DNA of 64,000 nucleotides from a virus (lineage: Duplodnaviria; Caudoviricetes), in the IMG/VR virus record IMGVR_UViG_3300025018_000148, positions 7,094 through 71,093 of that record; one strand, written 5' to 3'. Below the pieces are notes generated by a model, which was not told where the DNA came from, ran no database searches, and saw only the letters and a program-made list of their open reading frames with translations. Position 1 is the first letter of the stretch. Each line of letters starts with the position of its first letter. Shown here piece after piece: positions 38,548-48,863 of this stretch. A program made the translations under genes and the position numbers.

Positions 38548-40368
38548 TTAGGACATGGACAAGAATCCGAAGTTGGACTCCCCAAAGAAATCATCTTCGG
38601 CAGAAGAAGTCAACTCTTGATGATGATTCATTCGGTTGCCCTCGGCACAGAATCTATCCCAAGATTTGTCGGGTGCCACCTCAAGTTGTTCCCCCTCCAC
38701 CGAGGTCAACTCCAGCCTTTCCCGGCAAAGATCCAGCAAACCGAATGCAGCGTCCGCCACGTCGGGGGACATGCCCGCCCGACCCTTCATCTTCTTCTTC
38801 GGCTCCACCTCGATGATCTCGTAGTCCCCCTTCTTCCGGGTGGTATACACGCGAGCGCAGGCTTCCCGGACAATGCTGGTAGTCATTCCTTTCAACTGCC
38901 CTGTCCGGATTAACTCTACCCCGGCATACCAGATCTCTGAAACTTTGTTAGAGTAGGCTTCCTTTCCGGTTCGGCTGTCGGAGGAAGAAACGGCCCGGTC
39001 AGACGGGGCTCCCCCGAAATAGCATTTGTGGAAACCGACTCCCCAGACTTTCGACAGGATCGATCCAAAAGGCCCCCCGCCCCCGGTGGAGTCGATCCCG
39101 GCATTCTCGATGGTCACCCCCGCTTTCAGACACAGGTCCTTATATTGTTGAGCGATCTGGTAATCCAAGGGCTCATCCTTGGTAACGTCCTCCGCGAGGA
39201 GATACTCCTCGGGGTCGTATAGTAGCACCTTGCGATCTCGGGTGTCCAGTCCGCATTTGCCCATCACAACCATGGCCCGATCCCCGTCGCTGGAGAACGC
39301 CGTGTCAAGGAAAGCAACTCTGGTGGGCACTTCTTTCCAATACACGTTGCGCTCGTCCGCCTCATGAAGGGCGATTTCGGCTTCGGAGTAGATCCCGGAA
39401 GCGGAACCGGTGGGGCACCAATACCCTCTATACATACGCCAGTATGATAGGGAATTTTCTCCGAGCTTCGCCTTCTGCTCTTCGAGTTTTTCCCGAGAGA
39501 GCAGGTAAGGATAAAGAATCTTCTCTGCGATGACGTTGGGAGACTTCTCTCCGTCGAAACGGATGCAATACCCATCCTCGGTCTCCCACTCTTCGTCGAG
39601 GGCAGTGACCGAGTTCCAACCATACTTGGGCTTGGCAAAGATTCCGAAGGCGTCGAAACGGGAGTTGGGGTTTCCGATCCCGATCAACTGGAAATACGGA
39701 TTGCTGGAAAGGTTGGCGCGAGCCGCCTCCAGAATTGCGCGACTGAGTTCCGGAAGCTCGTCCGCCACAAGAATGACCCGGCGTCTCTTGAACCCGATCA
39801 TCTTCCCGATAGAGTCCTGCTCCTTCTTCTTCTCCCCCGCGAGCAGGGTGATCCCGGAAGTGTCCATCGTTTTCCCGGTCTCGGGATTCACATACCGGAT
39901 GACCCCCATAGAGTCCACAAGATTGCCGGGTAGACCGGGGACGGCGTTCCAATACTCGCAAATGCGCCCCCAGATCCGAAGCTTGGAATCCTTGAGGGTG
40001 GTTGACGTGACGAGAACCTTCGTATTCTCGGGGTCGGCGAGGTAGTTGACGATAGCCCACAACGCATAGAAGTCGGACTTGCCGGATGAAGCACACCCCG
40101 CGACCGCTAGGTAATCATACTTGCAGGAGTATTCGAGCATCCGGAGAGCCCACGGATGCCAGTCGAAACGCATTCTGGACCCCTCCGTATTCCAGAGCAC
40201 GTCCACGACATTGATGAAATGCTGCTCCTTCCCGAGACCCCCTTCTTCCACCGGGATGCCTAACAGAAACGCCCCAAGCTCCACCGTCAGATCGTTGGTC
40301 CCCGCAGGCCAATGACGCCCATACCGGGTGGAACCCTCTTGATCTTCAGAAGGGCTCGTTATCCTCAT
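38548..40368 (-). CDS. terL: Terminase large subunit
   Basis: GCASSGKS Walker A, ILVADE Walker B, GIGNP motif, RNase H-like FLDTAF and SPDVADA. Confidence 0.92.
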   Translation of the reverse strand: MRITSPSEDQEGSTRYGRHWPAGTNDLTVELGAFLLGIPVEEGGLGKEQHFINVVDVLWNTEGSRMRFDWHPWALRMLEYSCKYDYLAVAGCASSGKSDFYALWAIVNYLADPENTKVLVTSTTLKDSKLRIWGRICEYWNAVPGLPGNLVDSMGVIRYVNPETGKTMDTSGITLLAGEKKKEQDSIGKMIGFKRRRVILVADELPELSRAILEAARANLSSNPYFQLIGIGNPNSRFDAFGIFAKPKYGWNSVTALDEEWETEDGYCIRFDGEKSPNVIAEKILYPYLLSREKLEEQKAKLGENSLSYWRMYRGYWCPTGSASGIYSEAEIALHEADERNVYWKEVPTRVAFLDTAFSSDGDRAMVVMGKCGLDTRDRKVLLYDPEEYLLAEDVTKDEPLDYQIAQQYKDLCLKAGVTIENAGIDSTGGGGPFGSILSKVWGVGFHKCYFGGAPSDRAVSSSDSRTGKEAYSNKVSEIWYAGVELIRTGQLKGMTTSIVREACARVYTTRKKGDYEIIEVEPKKKMKGRAGMSPDVADAAFGLLDLCRERLELTSVEGEQLEVAPDKSWDRFCAEGNRMNHHQELTSSAEDDFFGESNFGFLSMS

Positions 40369-40915
40369 CTATGTCTTGCTCCCGCCATTTAACTGGTCGG
40401 TAGATTACATCCTCGGGCTCTTCTTGTCCACCCCCTTCCCACTCGTCTCGGGTCCGGGTCTTTTCGCTATTACCCTTCATGATGTTCTCAATAGCCTCCA
40501 ACACCTGAACATTTCCATCCTCGTATCCCTTCAAGGCGTCGATTCGGTCAAGGTGCATCGAGCCCGCCTTCCTGCCTCGCGTAATGTGATACCCGGTGCC
40601 GATGCAGATCTCCTCGAAATGTTCGAATGTCAGGGTGAAGGGAATCCGTCTGCGGCGAGCCTTGTTCTTGATAGCACTATATATTGCCTTGATGGGGTTG
40701 TTGGCCCGCCACAAACGAATGCGGCAATTGGCACACTTCAGGGATCTCCCCGACCGGCAGGCTTTTTCCGAAGGGTTCCGACAAAAAGCTACTTGGCAAA
40801 GATCTTTATGCTTCTTTTTCTTGGACAAGATTGCGACCCACTTCTCCCTCCCCTCGTCGTCGGTGACGAGTTCATACATTCCCGGAAAATAGGAGGGTAG
40901 ATCTCCGTAGCCCAT
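40346..40915 (-). CDS. HNH-like endonuclease
   Basis: CxxxxC/CxxC zinc ligands and LDRIDALKGYEDGNVQVLEAIENIMKG. Confidence 0.7.
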   Translation of the reverse strand: MGYGDLPSYFPGMYELVTDDEGREKWVAILSKKKKHKDLCQVAFCRNPSEKACRSGRSLKCANCRIRLWRANNPIKAIYSAIKNKARRRRIPFTLTFEHFEEICIGTGYHITRGRKAGSMHLDRIDALKGYEDGNVQVLEAIENIMKGNSEKTRTRDEWEGGGQEEPEDVIYRPVKWREQDIDEDNEPF

Positions 40916-43110
40916 TATTTGCTTCCTTTCCCTTTCTTGCCCTTAATCCTTGGGATCTCGATCACCCACTTCGCCTTGTTGCCCTCACCGGTTTTACGGG
41001 ACAACCAAGGGACCCCTTGCTTGTGCAGCGCCCCCATGAGCTTGCCGAATTGGATCACCGAATACCCGCGCACCAGAGGAAGCACTTCAGAATCCGGACC
41101 CTGCATCTCCATGAGCAAGGCAGAGGAGTTCCCTTCCCACTGGTCCTGCTTGACCGACAAAGCCATCTGCTCCCTCCAGAGATCGATGACCTCGGCGAGG
41201 CGATACTGACTGGAAGACTCCCGAGCCGTCTCGACAAGGTCCGGGTGTTTGTAGGGGAAGATCCCGTAGCGGGTGTCCTCGGGAGTCAAGACCCGCTCGT
41301 CAGGCACGAACACGTCCACCAACCACCGCAGGAAGAAAGGCAACTCCTTCCGGACCAATGCCGCCTGCTCCACGTTTTCAAGGAACCGGGCTTGCCAAGC
41401 ATCGTTGATCCTAAACATTGCCACCTTGTCCTGAATGTTGATGTCCAGATCCGGGATGATGCTAACAGAGTCGGGGTCCTCGTTACAGGACATAATCATG
41501 AGACCATACCAAGGAATGATGCGGGCATCCTTGAACTTCGGTTGGCAGTCCACCTCCGGTGTGGCGACGTGCTTCTTCACTGCCTCCGAAAACTTTTTGT
41601 GCTGGGTCATAGTGGAAGCCGACTCGTTGTCGTCCACATACCAGACCACCGACTCCGCGAGTTCCTTGGTGAAGTCCCTGCCTCCAACCAAAAACTTGCC
41701 CGCATCCGTGGCGCTTCCGAAAATCTCCCGGAGAAGGAACGTGTTCAGAAAGGACTTCCCTTTCCCGGTCGGACCTACCAACACAAGACAGTGACTCGAC
41801 ACCGGTCTCGAATGAAGGAAGCTCACATACTTTCGTCTAAGCTCTACGAGAAAGTATTCCCGTGGGTGAATCTCGTCGCTCTCGTGCCGATGGAAAAAAT
41901 TCTTCACGAACTCATACATCCACGGAAAATTGTCGGGGTCCCCCGATCCCTCGGCTCCCGGTTGCATCGGATGTTTCTGATTGATGTTGAGATACCTCTC
42001 CCCGTTCCAGTCCACGAACTTCTCCTTGGTGTGGGTGAACGGTGCGGCGGCATCGATCCGATTATATGCTTGGATAGCGTATAGAACCTTCTCCGCCTCG
42101 GAAGCAGTCTCCTTCGGCTTCTTGGAAGCGGTGAGACCTCGTTCAACTTTCAAATACAACAGAGCATCTTCGCGACGAACCCCGACCCAGTTGCCCCGGT
42201 GGTTCATTCGCCAATACCCCACCCCGTCGAAGTAACACCCTTCGGTAGCCTCTCCGATTTTCTTCTCCTGAAACTTCTCCACGAACTCCCTCCCAAGAAG
42301 CTCGTCCCAAAACATATTGCCCTTCTCGGATCGAGAGGAGAAAGAATGAATGCCCCACTCTGCCACAATCCCCGACTTATCCTTCTCTTTGCCGTCCCCG
42401 CAAATCGGGAGCCAGAACAAAGGAATACGAGCACCCAGTTCGAGATCCGCCCCGAAGAGCCTCCCCGGATACTGCTTCTCGATCTCGGCTTGGATGAGAT
42501 CCAAAGGAAGATCCTCGTAGGCGGAGGAGATCTTCTTGGTCCGGGTGATCGCCTCCACCTGTAACTGCTGAGTGATGAACCTCGGGACCAGCATCGCGTC
42601 CTCGACAGCTTGCCAATCTGTCCCGAGTTCCCAAAGCATATTGAGGTCGTAGGAAGCGGTGTCGAGACCGGGGGCCAATTTGACCGCTTTGACTCGGGCG
42701 GCAAAACCCCGCATGAACTTCTCTGCGACCTCCGGACAATCCACCCACACCTTCTCCTCGAACTCCCACACGGCTCGAATGCCCCCCGAGAACGTCCGGC
42801 TGAAATGTGTGGGTCGCTCCTCGGGGCCAAGGGTCTCGACCCGCCGAAGGAATTCCTCCGATGTGATGTCGGCGTCATAGTCCGCCACCCACCCGTAGAG
42901 GCAGGAGGGGGGATTGTCAGACTCGACACGGTGATGTGGATTGGACGATTCAACAAGAGTAAAGAATACGTGCTTGGTGTCTTCCTGAAGCTGCCACTTC
43001 CGCAGCTTGGCTTTGACAGAGAATGCCGGACGCTTCGACTTGGTCTCCCACGGAGGCTTCTCCATCACCCGCAGGTCATGAGAAGAAAGATTGAGTGCGG
43101 CTCGGAACAT
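40915..43110 (-). CDS. Primase-helicase (AEP/Prim-Pol N-terminus + D5-like/SF3 NTPase)
   Basis: VADYD and SRTFSGGIRAVW primase-like motifs; LVGPTGKGKS Walker A; YVDDNE Walker B. Confidence 0.8.
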   Translation of the reverse strand: MFRAALNLSSHDLRVMEKPPWETKSKRPAFSVKAKLRKWQLQEDTKHVFFTLVESSNPHHRVESDNPPSCLYGWVADYDADITSEEFLRRVETLGPEERPTHFSRTFSGGIRAVWEFEEKVWVDCPEVAEKFMRGFAARVKAVKLAPGLDTASYDLNMLWELGTDWQAVEDAMLVPRFITQQLQVEAITRTKKISSAYEDLPLDLIQAEIEKQYPGRLFGADLELGARIPLFWLPICGDGKEKDKSGIVAEWGIHSFSSRSEKGNMFWDELLGREFVEKFQEKKIGEATEGCYFDGVGYWRMNHRGNWVGVRREDALLYLKVERGLTASKKPKETASEAEKVLYAIQAYNRIDAAAPFTHTKEKFVDWNGERYLNINQKHPMQPGAEGSGDPDNFPWMYEFVKNFFHRHESDEIHPREYFLVELRRKYVSFLHSRPVSSHCLVLVGPTGKGKSFLNTFLLREIFGSATDAGKFLVGGRDFTKELAESVVWYVDDNESASTMTQHKKFSEAVKKHVATPEVDCQPKFKDARIIPWYGLMIMSCNEDPDSVSIIPDLDINIQDKVAMFRINDAWQARFLENVEQAALVRKELPFFLRWLVDVFVPDERVLTPEDTRYGIFPYKHPDLVETARESSSQYRLAEVIDLWREQMALSVKQDQWEGNSSALLMEMQGPDSEVLPLVRGYSVIQFGKLMGALHKQGVPWLSRKTGEGNKAKWVIEIPRIKGKKGKGSK

Positions 43111-43113
43111 GGG

Positions 43114-44910
43114 TCAATCTTTTTGATAGAAGTCAATAATCTTTGCTTCCGCAGCCAAGGGAAGATCCGGAGCCCAAGGAACCGGTTTCCTCATGATCTC
43201 GCCCATCTGGACACGACGCTCCTCGGCTTCGTCCTCACGGACAAGACTGAGGTATTCGTCATATACCCGCAGGACGATGGGGAAGCCCTCGTCCTCCAAC
43301 TCAAGATACTTGTCCATGAACACGTCTCTCGCGATTGCCTGAACCACGTTCTCGCAAAGCAATCCTCCGTAGAGGTGCTTGTTCATGAAGCCTTTCTCCG
43401 CACACACAATCGCCTGAAGGTTCGAGTTGCCCCGGACATTGCGATAGATTTGGGTCCGACCGTTCGGCAAGGGAATGATGAAGGTGCCGCTGCCGCCTTT
43501 GGTGATCGAAGCACGACGGAGGTTGGTTTCCAGTTCCTTCCAGAAATCCTTCACCCGCTTGTTCTTCTTCTGATACACCTTATACACGAGCCTCTTCGCT
43601 TCGGCGGGAGTCAACTCCACCCCATACTTGAGGGCTACCTCCATGAACTTCTTCCAGCCGGAACCGTATCCCAACTGGAGGACCATGACCTTCCAAAGCT
43701 GCCGGTCGGCGCTGCCCCACTCGCCTTTGTGACCCAAGGTTCCCAGACCAAAGGCGACATAGGGGTCCTCCCCGGCTCTCAGACGCTCCAAGAACTCCTC
43801 GTCCTCCACAAGCCACGCCAGAACCCTTGGCTCGATCTGGGAGAAGTCTGCCCACAGGAAACGGTATCCGGGAGGCGGGACGATGTGACTTCGAAGGTCA
43901 ACCCCGAAGATCTCCGCCTTGTGCAGATTGAGGGCATTGAACCCGTCTCCGCCCGCATCCCGCCCCGTATGCGCCCCACAATACTTGAGTCCGTAGGGCA
44001 TCCACGCGAAGTCCCCGTCGTCGGGGAACACGATCCGGTCCTGCAAGGTCAGAAGCTTCTGGAGAAGCGTGTTGGCGGAAGCCCAATTCTGCATCGCTTC
44101 GATGAAGGGATACTTCTCCCCGTATTCCTCGATCCACGCAGCCGCATCCTGTGAATCCTTGGAGCGGCTCGAAGGGACCGGCAACCCATTCTTCCGGCAC
44201 TCCTCCGCCATGAGAACGTCGGAGAGCGGCGTTTTGTTTTTCTTCGTGGGGGCATCCCACCAAGGAATGTCCTCCACCATCTCGAACATCTTGCGGTTCA
44301 AATGCCGGATCGACTTGTCAAGCTTGACCGCATCGATGGGGAGACCCCGATTCTTCATCTCGAAGGTCAGATCGGAAATCTTTCTCTCCGCCTCGGGCCA
44401 ACCCGGACTGAGTTCCCTCCAAAGTTTAGGGAGCCAACGGGAGTCATCGAGACAGTATTCCACCAACTCTCCCTGCTCCTCGGGGGTGAGATCCTTCCAC
44501 CGCTTGCCGTTCATCCGGTCGCGGACGGACTTGTCCATCTCGACCTCGAAAACAAAATGGAGCGCAGTAGCCAGATCCCTCGCAATCCCATGGTAAGCCA
44601 CAAGATCCGCAGTGCAATACCAACGCTCCGGCTCGGGAGCATCGATGATCCCCTTCTTCTGCAAAAACCGATAGAGAGTTTGGTCGAACCCCTTGTTGTG
44701 GGATAACCAATCATACTTTTGCAAGCAATTAAAATCGAAGTCACTCGGGTGCCCGCAAAATTCCTTGCCATCTTCAGTGACCACGGACACGAGATACGCA
44801 TCGAATTCCGGGTGATTAATATACCCCAAGATTCCTTGCTCCTTAATAGAGCAGTGCTTCTCCTTGTAGTAGCTCTCAAAGTCAATCGCAACAACCAACT
44901 TTTCGTTCAT
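43114..44910 (-). CDS. polA: Family A DNA polymerase with 3'-5' exonuclease
   Basis: AIDFESY exonuclease I; ADFSQIEPRVL motif A; RQLWKVMVLQLGYG motif B; VYDE motif C. Confidence 0.92.
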   Translation of the reverse strand: MNEKLVVAIDFESYYKEKHCSIKEQGILGYINHPEFDAYLVSVVTEDGKEFCGHPSDFDFNCLQKYDWLSHNKGFDQTLYRFLQKKGIIDAPEPERWYCTADLVAYHGIARDLATALHFVFEVEMDKSVRDRMNGKRWKDLTPEEQGELVEYCLDDSRWLPKLWRELSPGWPEAERKISDLTFEMKNRGLPIDAVKLDKSIRHLNRKMFEMVEDIPWWDAPTKKNKTPLSDVLMAEECRKNGLPVPSSRSKDSQDAAAWIEEYGEKYPFIEAMQNWASANTLLQKLLTLQDRIVFPDDGDFAWMPYGLKYCGAHTGRDAGGDGFNALNLHKAEIFGVDLRSHIVPPPGYRFLWADFSQIEPRVLAWLVEDEEFLERLRAGEDPYVAFGLGTLGHKGEWGSADRQLWKVMVLQLGYGSGWKKFMEVALKYGVELTPAEAKRLVYKVYQKKNKRVKDFWKELETNLRRASITKGGSGTFIIPLPNGRTQIYRNVRGNSNLQAIVCAEKGFMNKHLYGGLLCENVVQAIARDVFMDKYLELEDEGFPIVLRVYDEYLSLVREDEAEERRVQMGEIMRKPVPWAPDLPLAAEAKIIDFYQKD

Positions 44911-44933
44911 GTTATGGGTCCATGTTCAAGGTT

Positions 44934-44970
44934 AAAAAACCCCTCCCGGAAGGGCAACTTCCGGGAGGGG
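44934..44970 (-). terminator. Intrinsic terminator after the SSB-like gene
   Basis: cccctcccggaag/cttccgggagggg 13-bp stem with a T-tract on the minus strand. Confidence 0.75.
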
Positions 44971-44995
44971 TAAAGGAAACGCCGGACTGGGAGGA

Positions 44996-45847
44996 TTACT
45001 CCTCCTCACCCGACGACGTAGCCAACGAGAAGTCGTCGTCAGCCTGCTCCGCGAGGAAGTCGTAGGTCTCCTTGTCGGTGACCACGCCAACGAGCTTCGA
45101 GGTAGGAACATACCACGTATTGTCGTCGTTCGACTTCTTGACGGACTTGAGCGTCCAGAGACCGGTGAAGAGCCCCCCGGCGCTCTGGAGCTTGCCCATG
45201 CCGTGCGTGATGATCGCCTTGGCGAAGGCATTGTAGGCACCCCCGGCGACAGTGAAGATGACACGCGCCCAATGAGCGCCATCATATTCGAGCGGGAACC
45301 GATGAAGCTCCGACTTGTCGAGCTTGGCGGGAGCCTGAATCAGCAGGACGACGTGAGCGAGCGGCTGGTAATACCGCTCCTCCTCGACCGCTTCCTCGGA
45401 CCACTTGGTCGTGCCGCCCGCAGCAGCCACCTCCGCCTTCGTGGAGACCACGTTGGGAGTCTCGCCCCCTTGGTAATCGACCTTCTGCTGGTAGAGCTTG
45501 GTGATGTCGAGGACGACAAAGTTGAGCTTGTCGTCCCGCGTGGCGAGCACGAGTTCCTTCTCCAGCACGAAGGAACCGATGGGCATGTCCTCCTCCGTGC
45601 AGAGCTTGGAGGCGGGGTTGACGATGTTGAGACGGGGGAGAATGACATCGTTCTCGTCGATCTCGCCATGGACACCCTTTGCGGCGGAGGCGGGGCGGGA
45701 GAGTTCCTGCTTCTGCTGTTTCGCCGGGGGGTTCTTCGCCGAAGCGGACTCGGACGCTTTCGCGGGAGCCTTCTTTGCCGGAGCCGCCTTTTTGGTTGCG
45801 GCTTTCTTCGGTTTGTCGTCCTCGTCATAGAAGTTGAGCTTGCCCAT
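44996..45847 (-). CDS. Putative ssDNA-binding protein with basic PAKK-rich N-terminus
   Basis: DVILPRLNIVNP motif, beta-rich core, acidic C-tail DDDFS...EEE; between nuclease and polymerase. Confidence 0.5.
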   Translation of the reverse strand: MGKLNFYDEDDKPKKAATKKAAPAKKAPAKASESASAKNPPAKQQKQELSRPASAAKGVHGEIDENDVILPRLNIVNPASKLCTEEDMPIGSFVLEKELVLATRDDKLNFVVLDITKLYQQKVDYQGGETPNVVSTKAEVAAAGGTTKWSEEAVEEERYYQPLAHVVLLIQAPAKLDKSELHRFPLEYDGAHWARVIFTVAGGAYNAFAKAIITHGMGKLQSAGGLFTGLWTLKSVKKSNDDNTWYVPTSKLVGVVTDKETYDFLAEQADDDFSLATSSGEEE

Positions 45848-45875
45848 AGTATTTTAGGTATTGGTTTGTTTTTTG

Positions 45876-48539
45876 TTATTTGTTTTGTTGTCTGTCAATC
45901 TGAAGGAATTGGATCGTGTGATCCCCTCCAGAGAGAATATCATTCTCGATCAACTCTTCGAGAAAAGCTTCTAAATTGTCTTCTTTGCTGCCATGCGGAG
46001 CAGCCTCACGAATCTTGTCTTCGAGAGCCGTGATATGCACGGACCCCACACACTCGATGAAATCCGGCAAGGTGACTCCATACCCCTCCGCCACATTGAA
46101 CGCGGCAACGGCATTGGAGACAACCCGCTTCGTCTTCTTGGTCATCTTCTTGAATCCGGGGATGTCCAGCCCTTCGTCGAAGGCAAGCTCGTTCGCCTTC
46201 GCCTTGACGGATTCGATCCATGCTTCCAGCACCGGCACCATCATCCGGGCTTTGCCGATCTCCTCGGGGGTGTCCATGAGGGAGGCGTCGAGATACTCCG
46301 GGAGGACGAGCCCGTCCTCCATACGATCCCGATAGATGAGGAGAACCTTGTCGTTGAGAGCCTGACAAGTCTCCTTGCGACCGCACCACTCACAGACGTG
46401 GGGAGTCGGATTGAATTCCTTCCCGGCAAGCTTCTTTGCCTTGGAGATGACGAGGTTGATGCGGAGATGGAGATCGTGCATCGTCCCCGAAGATTCCTGC
46501 CCCTCCTCCTCCCACCACTCGGGAATCTCGACATTCTCGTCCCGCAGGAATGCGGCCATGGTGATTGTGTTCTGCCGGGGGACGAGGAAATAGAAATACA
46601 CGATCTCCACTTTGGGGAACCTCTGGAAGACCCCCAAAGTATACGCCCACGCTTGACTGTTGATCTCCGCATCATCGACCGGCGTCCAACCGCACTTGTA
46701 GTCGTGGGCGACCGCAACATTGCCGTAGACGGCAAGACGATCCATGGTGCCGAAGGTCTGGTGATTCGAGAGATCGATCTGAAGGCGGATCTCGTTGAAC
46801 TTCTCACCCTCCGAGACTCCGAACATCTCCTCGTTGGAGTAGACCTTGTTCATCATCTGCCACGCGAGCATCTGCTCGCCCTCGTCCTGAAGGGACTCGG
46901 GGTCCTCCCGTTCGAGAGCATGGTGAATCCGGGTCCCCGCGACAGTCATCTCGTGCAACTCCGCATCCTCCTTCTCCTTCCGGTTCTCGTAGGAAGGGCA
47001 CGTCTCAAAATACTTGAGGGAGGAAGGTCCGTATTCGGCGTGCGCCGGTTGCGCGTCCAGCAATTCGAACTCAGGTTCGAGAACCTCTTCCTGCTTTTTG
47101 ACGGGAGCTTTCTTGGAGGGGCTCTTTTTCGCAGGGGTCTTTTTGGTCGGCGCGGCTTGCTTGGCGGGGGCTTTCTTCGGGGGCATAGCGTTCTCGTTCG
47201 GTTGGTGCAGAGTCTCCAGATTCTTTAGCTTGCGATCCAAGGCTTCTCGAACTTGCTCTTCGACGGTGCCTGCCGCAAACAGAATGCGTTGAAGAGTATC
47301 AGTCTTTGCTCCCGCTCTGTCAACTCTTCCTAGCACTTGTTTGATAGTCTTCTCATTCCAAGCCGGAGAAATGAGTGCCAACCGGGGAGCATTGCCGATT
47401 TTATCGTGCAAGGAGATCGCGACTCCCCCCGCCTCGACGTTCAAGATTATGATGTTGTCCCGTCCGGACTGGAAAGCTTCGATGGCGGATTGCCGCTCTT
47501 CGGGGGACTGCTGGACCTTGGTGTCCGGGTCGGTCCCCCACACAATCGGACAATTGCCTCCGAGCCGGGAGTTGAGAGCCTTGACACTGGCGTTGAAATT
47601 CAAGAATATGGGGACGTGCCACCCTTCGGCAATCGCCTCGGTCACCATCTCGGCCATGAGTGGAATCTTGAGCAACTCGACTCTCTGCCGCGCACGGAGC
47701 ATGGCGATCAGAATCTCCGCCTCCGGAGACACCTTGTCCTCCGCTTCTTTGGCTTCGAGTTCCTCGATCTCCGCTTCCATCTCCGCATAGATCCTCTCAA
47801 TCTCCCCGTCGTCACCGAAGTCCACCGGGGTTGTGATGATATGACCGTTGGAGAAGAACTCCCGGAGTTCGTGCCGGTGGACCTTGTAGCCATGACCGGG
47901 GTAAAGCTCCCGGTTCAATTGCTGGAGAATCTCCTCCGCCTTCTCTTCGTTCTGGGTGAACTGCCATCTCTTCCACCGGTCCTTCCGGCACCCGTGGCGC
48001 TTCGCCCATGCGACATAGTCGTAATACCGGTGGAGCCCCAGCACATACCCCACGGTCTTCAATTCAGTGGGGTCCTTGGCGACCGTCGCAGACACGAGCA
48101 TGTTCATGATGTCCGTGTTATCCCCCGCATACTTGAGCATTCTCGAACTGAGCGACTTGGCTTCCTTGCACTTGTGGACCTCGTCCCAGATGATGAGTCC
48201 GATCTGCTCGTTCCAGACGAAATCCCTTTGCTCCGGGTCCCCCTTCTTGGGAGGATCTCCCACCCAAGCTCCGCAGATGGTGTTGCCCCGGCGAATCAAA
48301 TCATAGTTGATGATCCCAAGATACTCTACCCCCTGCTCATTGAACGTGGCTTCCCAGTCGGGGATGACCGACAGGGGGCAGATCACGAGAGGACGCCTGC
48401 CCACATTGCGGGAGATCTCAACACTCATGAGCGTCTTCCCCGTCCCCGTGTCGGAGGCATTCAACGCAGACCCTTTCTCCAGAAGGAGGTGGGTGAGGTG
48501 ATCGATGGCGACCTGCTGCGGTGGATAGGGAGTGAGCAT
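45876..48539 (-). CDS. SNF2-like SF2 helicase fused to a PD-(D/E)XK (DUF2800/Cas4-like) exonuclease
   Basis: DTGTGKT, WDEVH, SAT and QVLGRVDR, then GPSSL..CP, GTRIH, GTMD..DYKCG, CEWC..C. Confidence 0.85.
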   Translation of the reverse strand: MLTPYPPQQVAIDHLTHLLLEKGSALNASDTGTGKTLMSVEISRNVGRRPLVICPLSVIPDWEATFNEQGVEYLGIINYDLIRRGNTICGAWVGDPPKKGDPEQRDFVWNEQIGLIIWDEVHKCKEAKSLSSRMLKYAGDNTDIMNMLVSATVAKDPTELKTVGYVLGLHRYYDYVAWAKRHGCRKDRWKRWQFTQNEEKAEEILQQLNRELYPGHGYKVHRHELREFFSNGHIITTPVDFGDDGEIERIYAEMEAEIEELEAKEAEDKVSPEAEILIAMLRARQRVELLKIPLMAEMVTEAIAEGWHVPIFLNFNASVKALNSRLGGNCPIVWGTDPDTKVQQSPEERQSAIEAFQSGRDNIIILNVEAGGVAISLHDKIGNAPRLALISPAWNEKTIKQVLGRVDRAGAKTDTLQRILFAAGTVEEQVREALDRKLKNLETLHQPNENAMPPKKAPAKQAAPTKKTPAKKSPSKKAPVKKQEEVLEPEFELLDAQPAHAEYGPSSLKYFETCPSYENRKEKEDAELHEMTVAGTRIHHALEREDPESLQDEGEQMLAWQMMNKVYSNEEMFGVSEGEKFNEIRLQIDLSNHQTFGTMDRLAVYGNVAVAHDYKCGWTPVDDAEINSQAWAYTLGVFQRFPKVEIVYFYFLVPRQNTITMAAFLRDENVEIPEWWEEEGQESSGTMHDLHLRINLVISKAKKLAGKEFNPTPHVCEWCGRKETCQALNDKVLLIYRDRMEDGLVLPEYLDASLMDTPEEIGKARMMVPVLEAWIESVKAKANELAFDEGLDIPGFKKMTKKTKRVVSNAVAAFNVAEGYGVTLPDFIECVGSVHITALEDKIREAAPHGSKEDNLEAFLEELIENDILSGGDHTIQFLQIDRQQNK

Positions 48540-48557
48540 CGGTGAAAACTTTGTCGC

Positions 48558-48863
48558 TCATTTGCGAGCGATTTTGAACGACAAACGATTTTGAGGATCA
48601 CGAATGTCCGACAAATCCGGCTCCCGGTGTATCCGACCTTCCTGCGCTTTGAAGCTCCCCGCCAATCGGAGATACTCTTCCCGGTGTCGGGCTTCGTAGA
48701 CCGTCCTCGTGCTGGTCACCAGAAGCCGGTAGATCCTGTCGAGTTCCTCGGAAGTCACATACCCCGGAACACGACCCGGAGAGGGCAGCACGGGGGTCTC
48801 CACGACCTGCCGACACCCGGCAACAAAAGCGGCAACGCCGATGAGGAAGCGACGACGGTTCAT
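48558..48863 (-). CDS. Tat-signal lipoprotein-like peptide carrying an MCP-derived segment
   Basis: MNRRRFLIGVAAFVAGC (RRxFL + lipobox); LDRIYRLLVTSTRTVYEARHREEYLRLA is 11/28 identical, ungapped, to MCP 117-144. Confidence 0.75.
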   Translation of the reverse strand: MNRRRFLIGVAAFVAGCRQVVETPVLPSPGRVPGYVTSEELDRIYRLLVTSTRTVYEARHREEYLRLAGSFKAQEGRIHREPDLSDIRDPQNRLSFKIARK

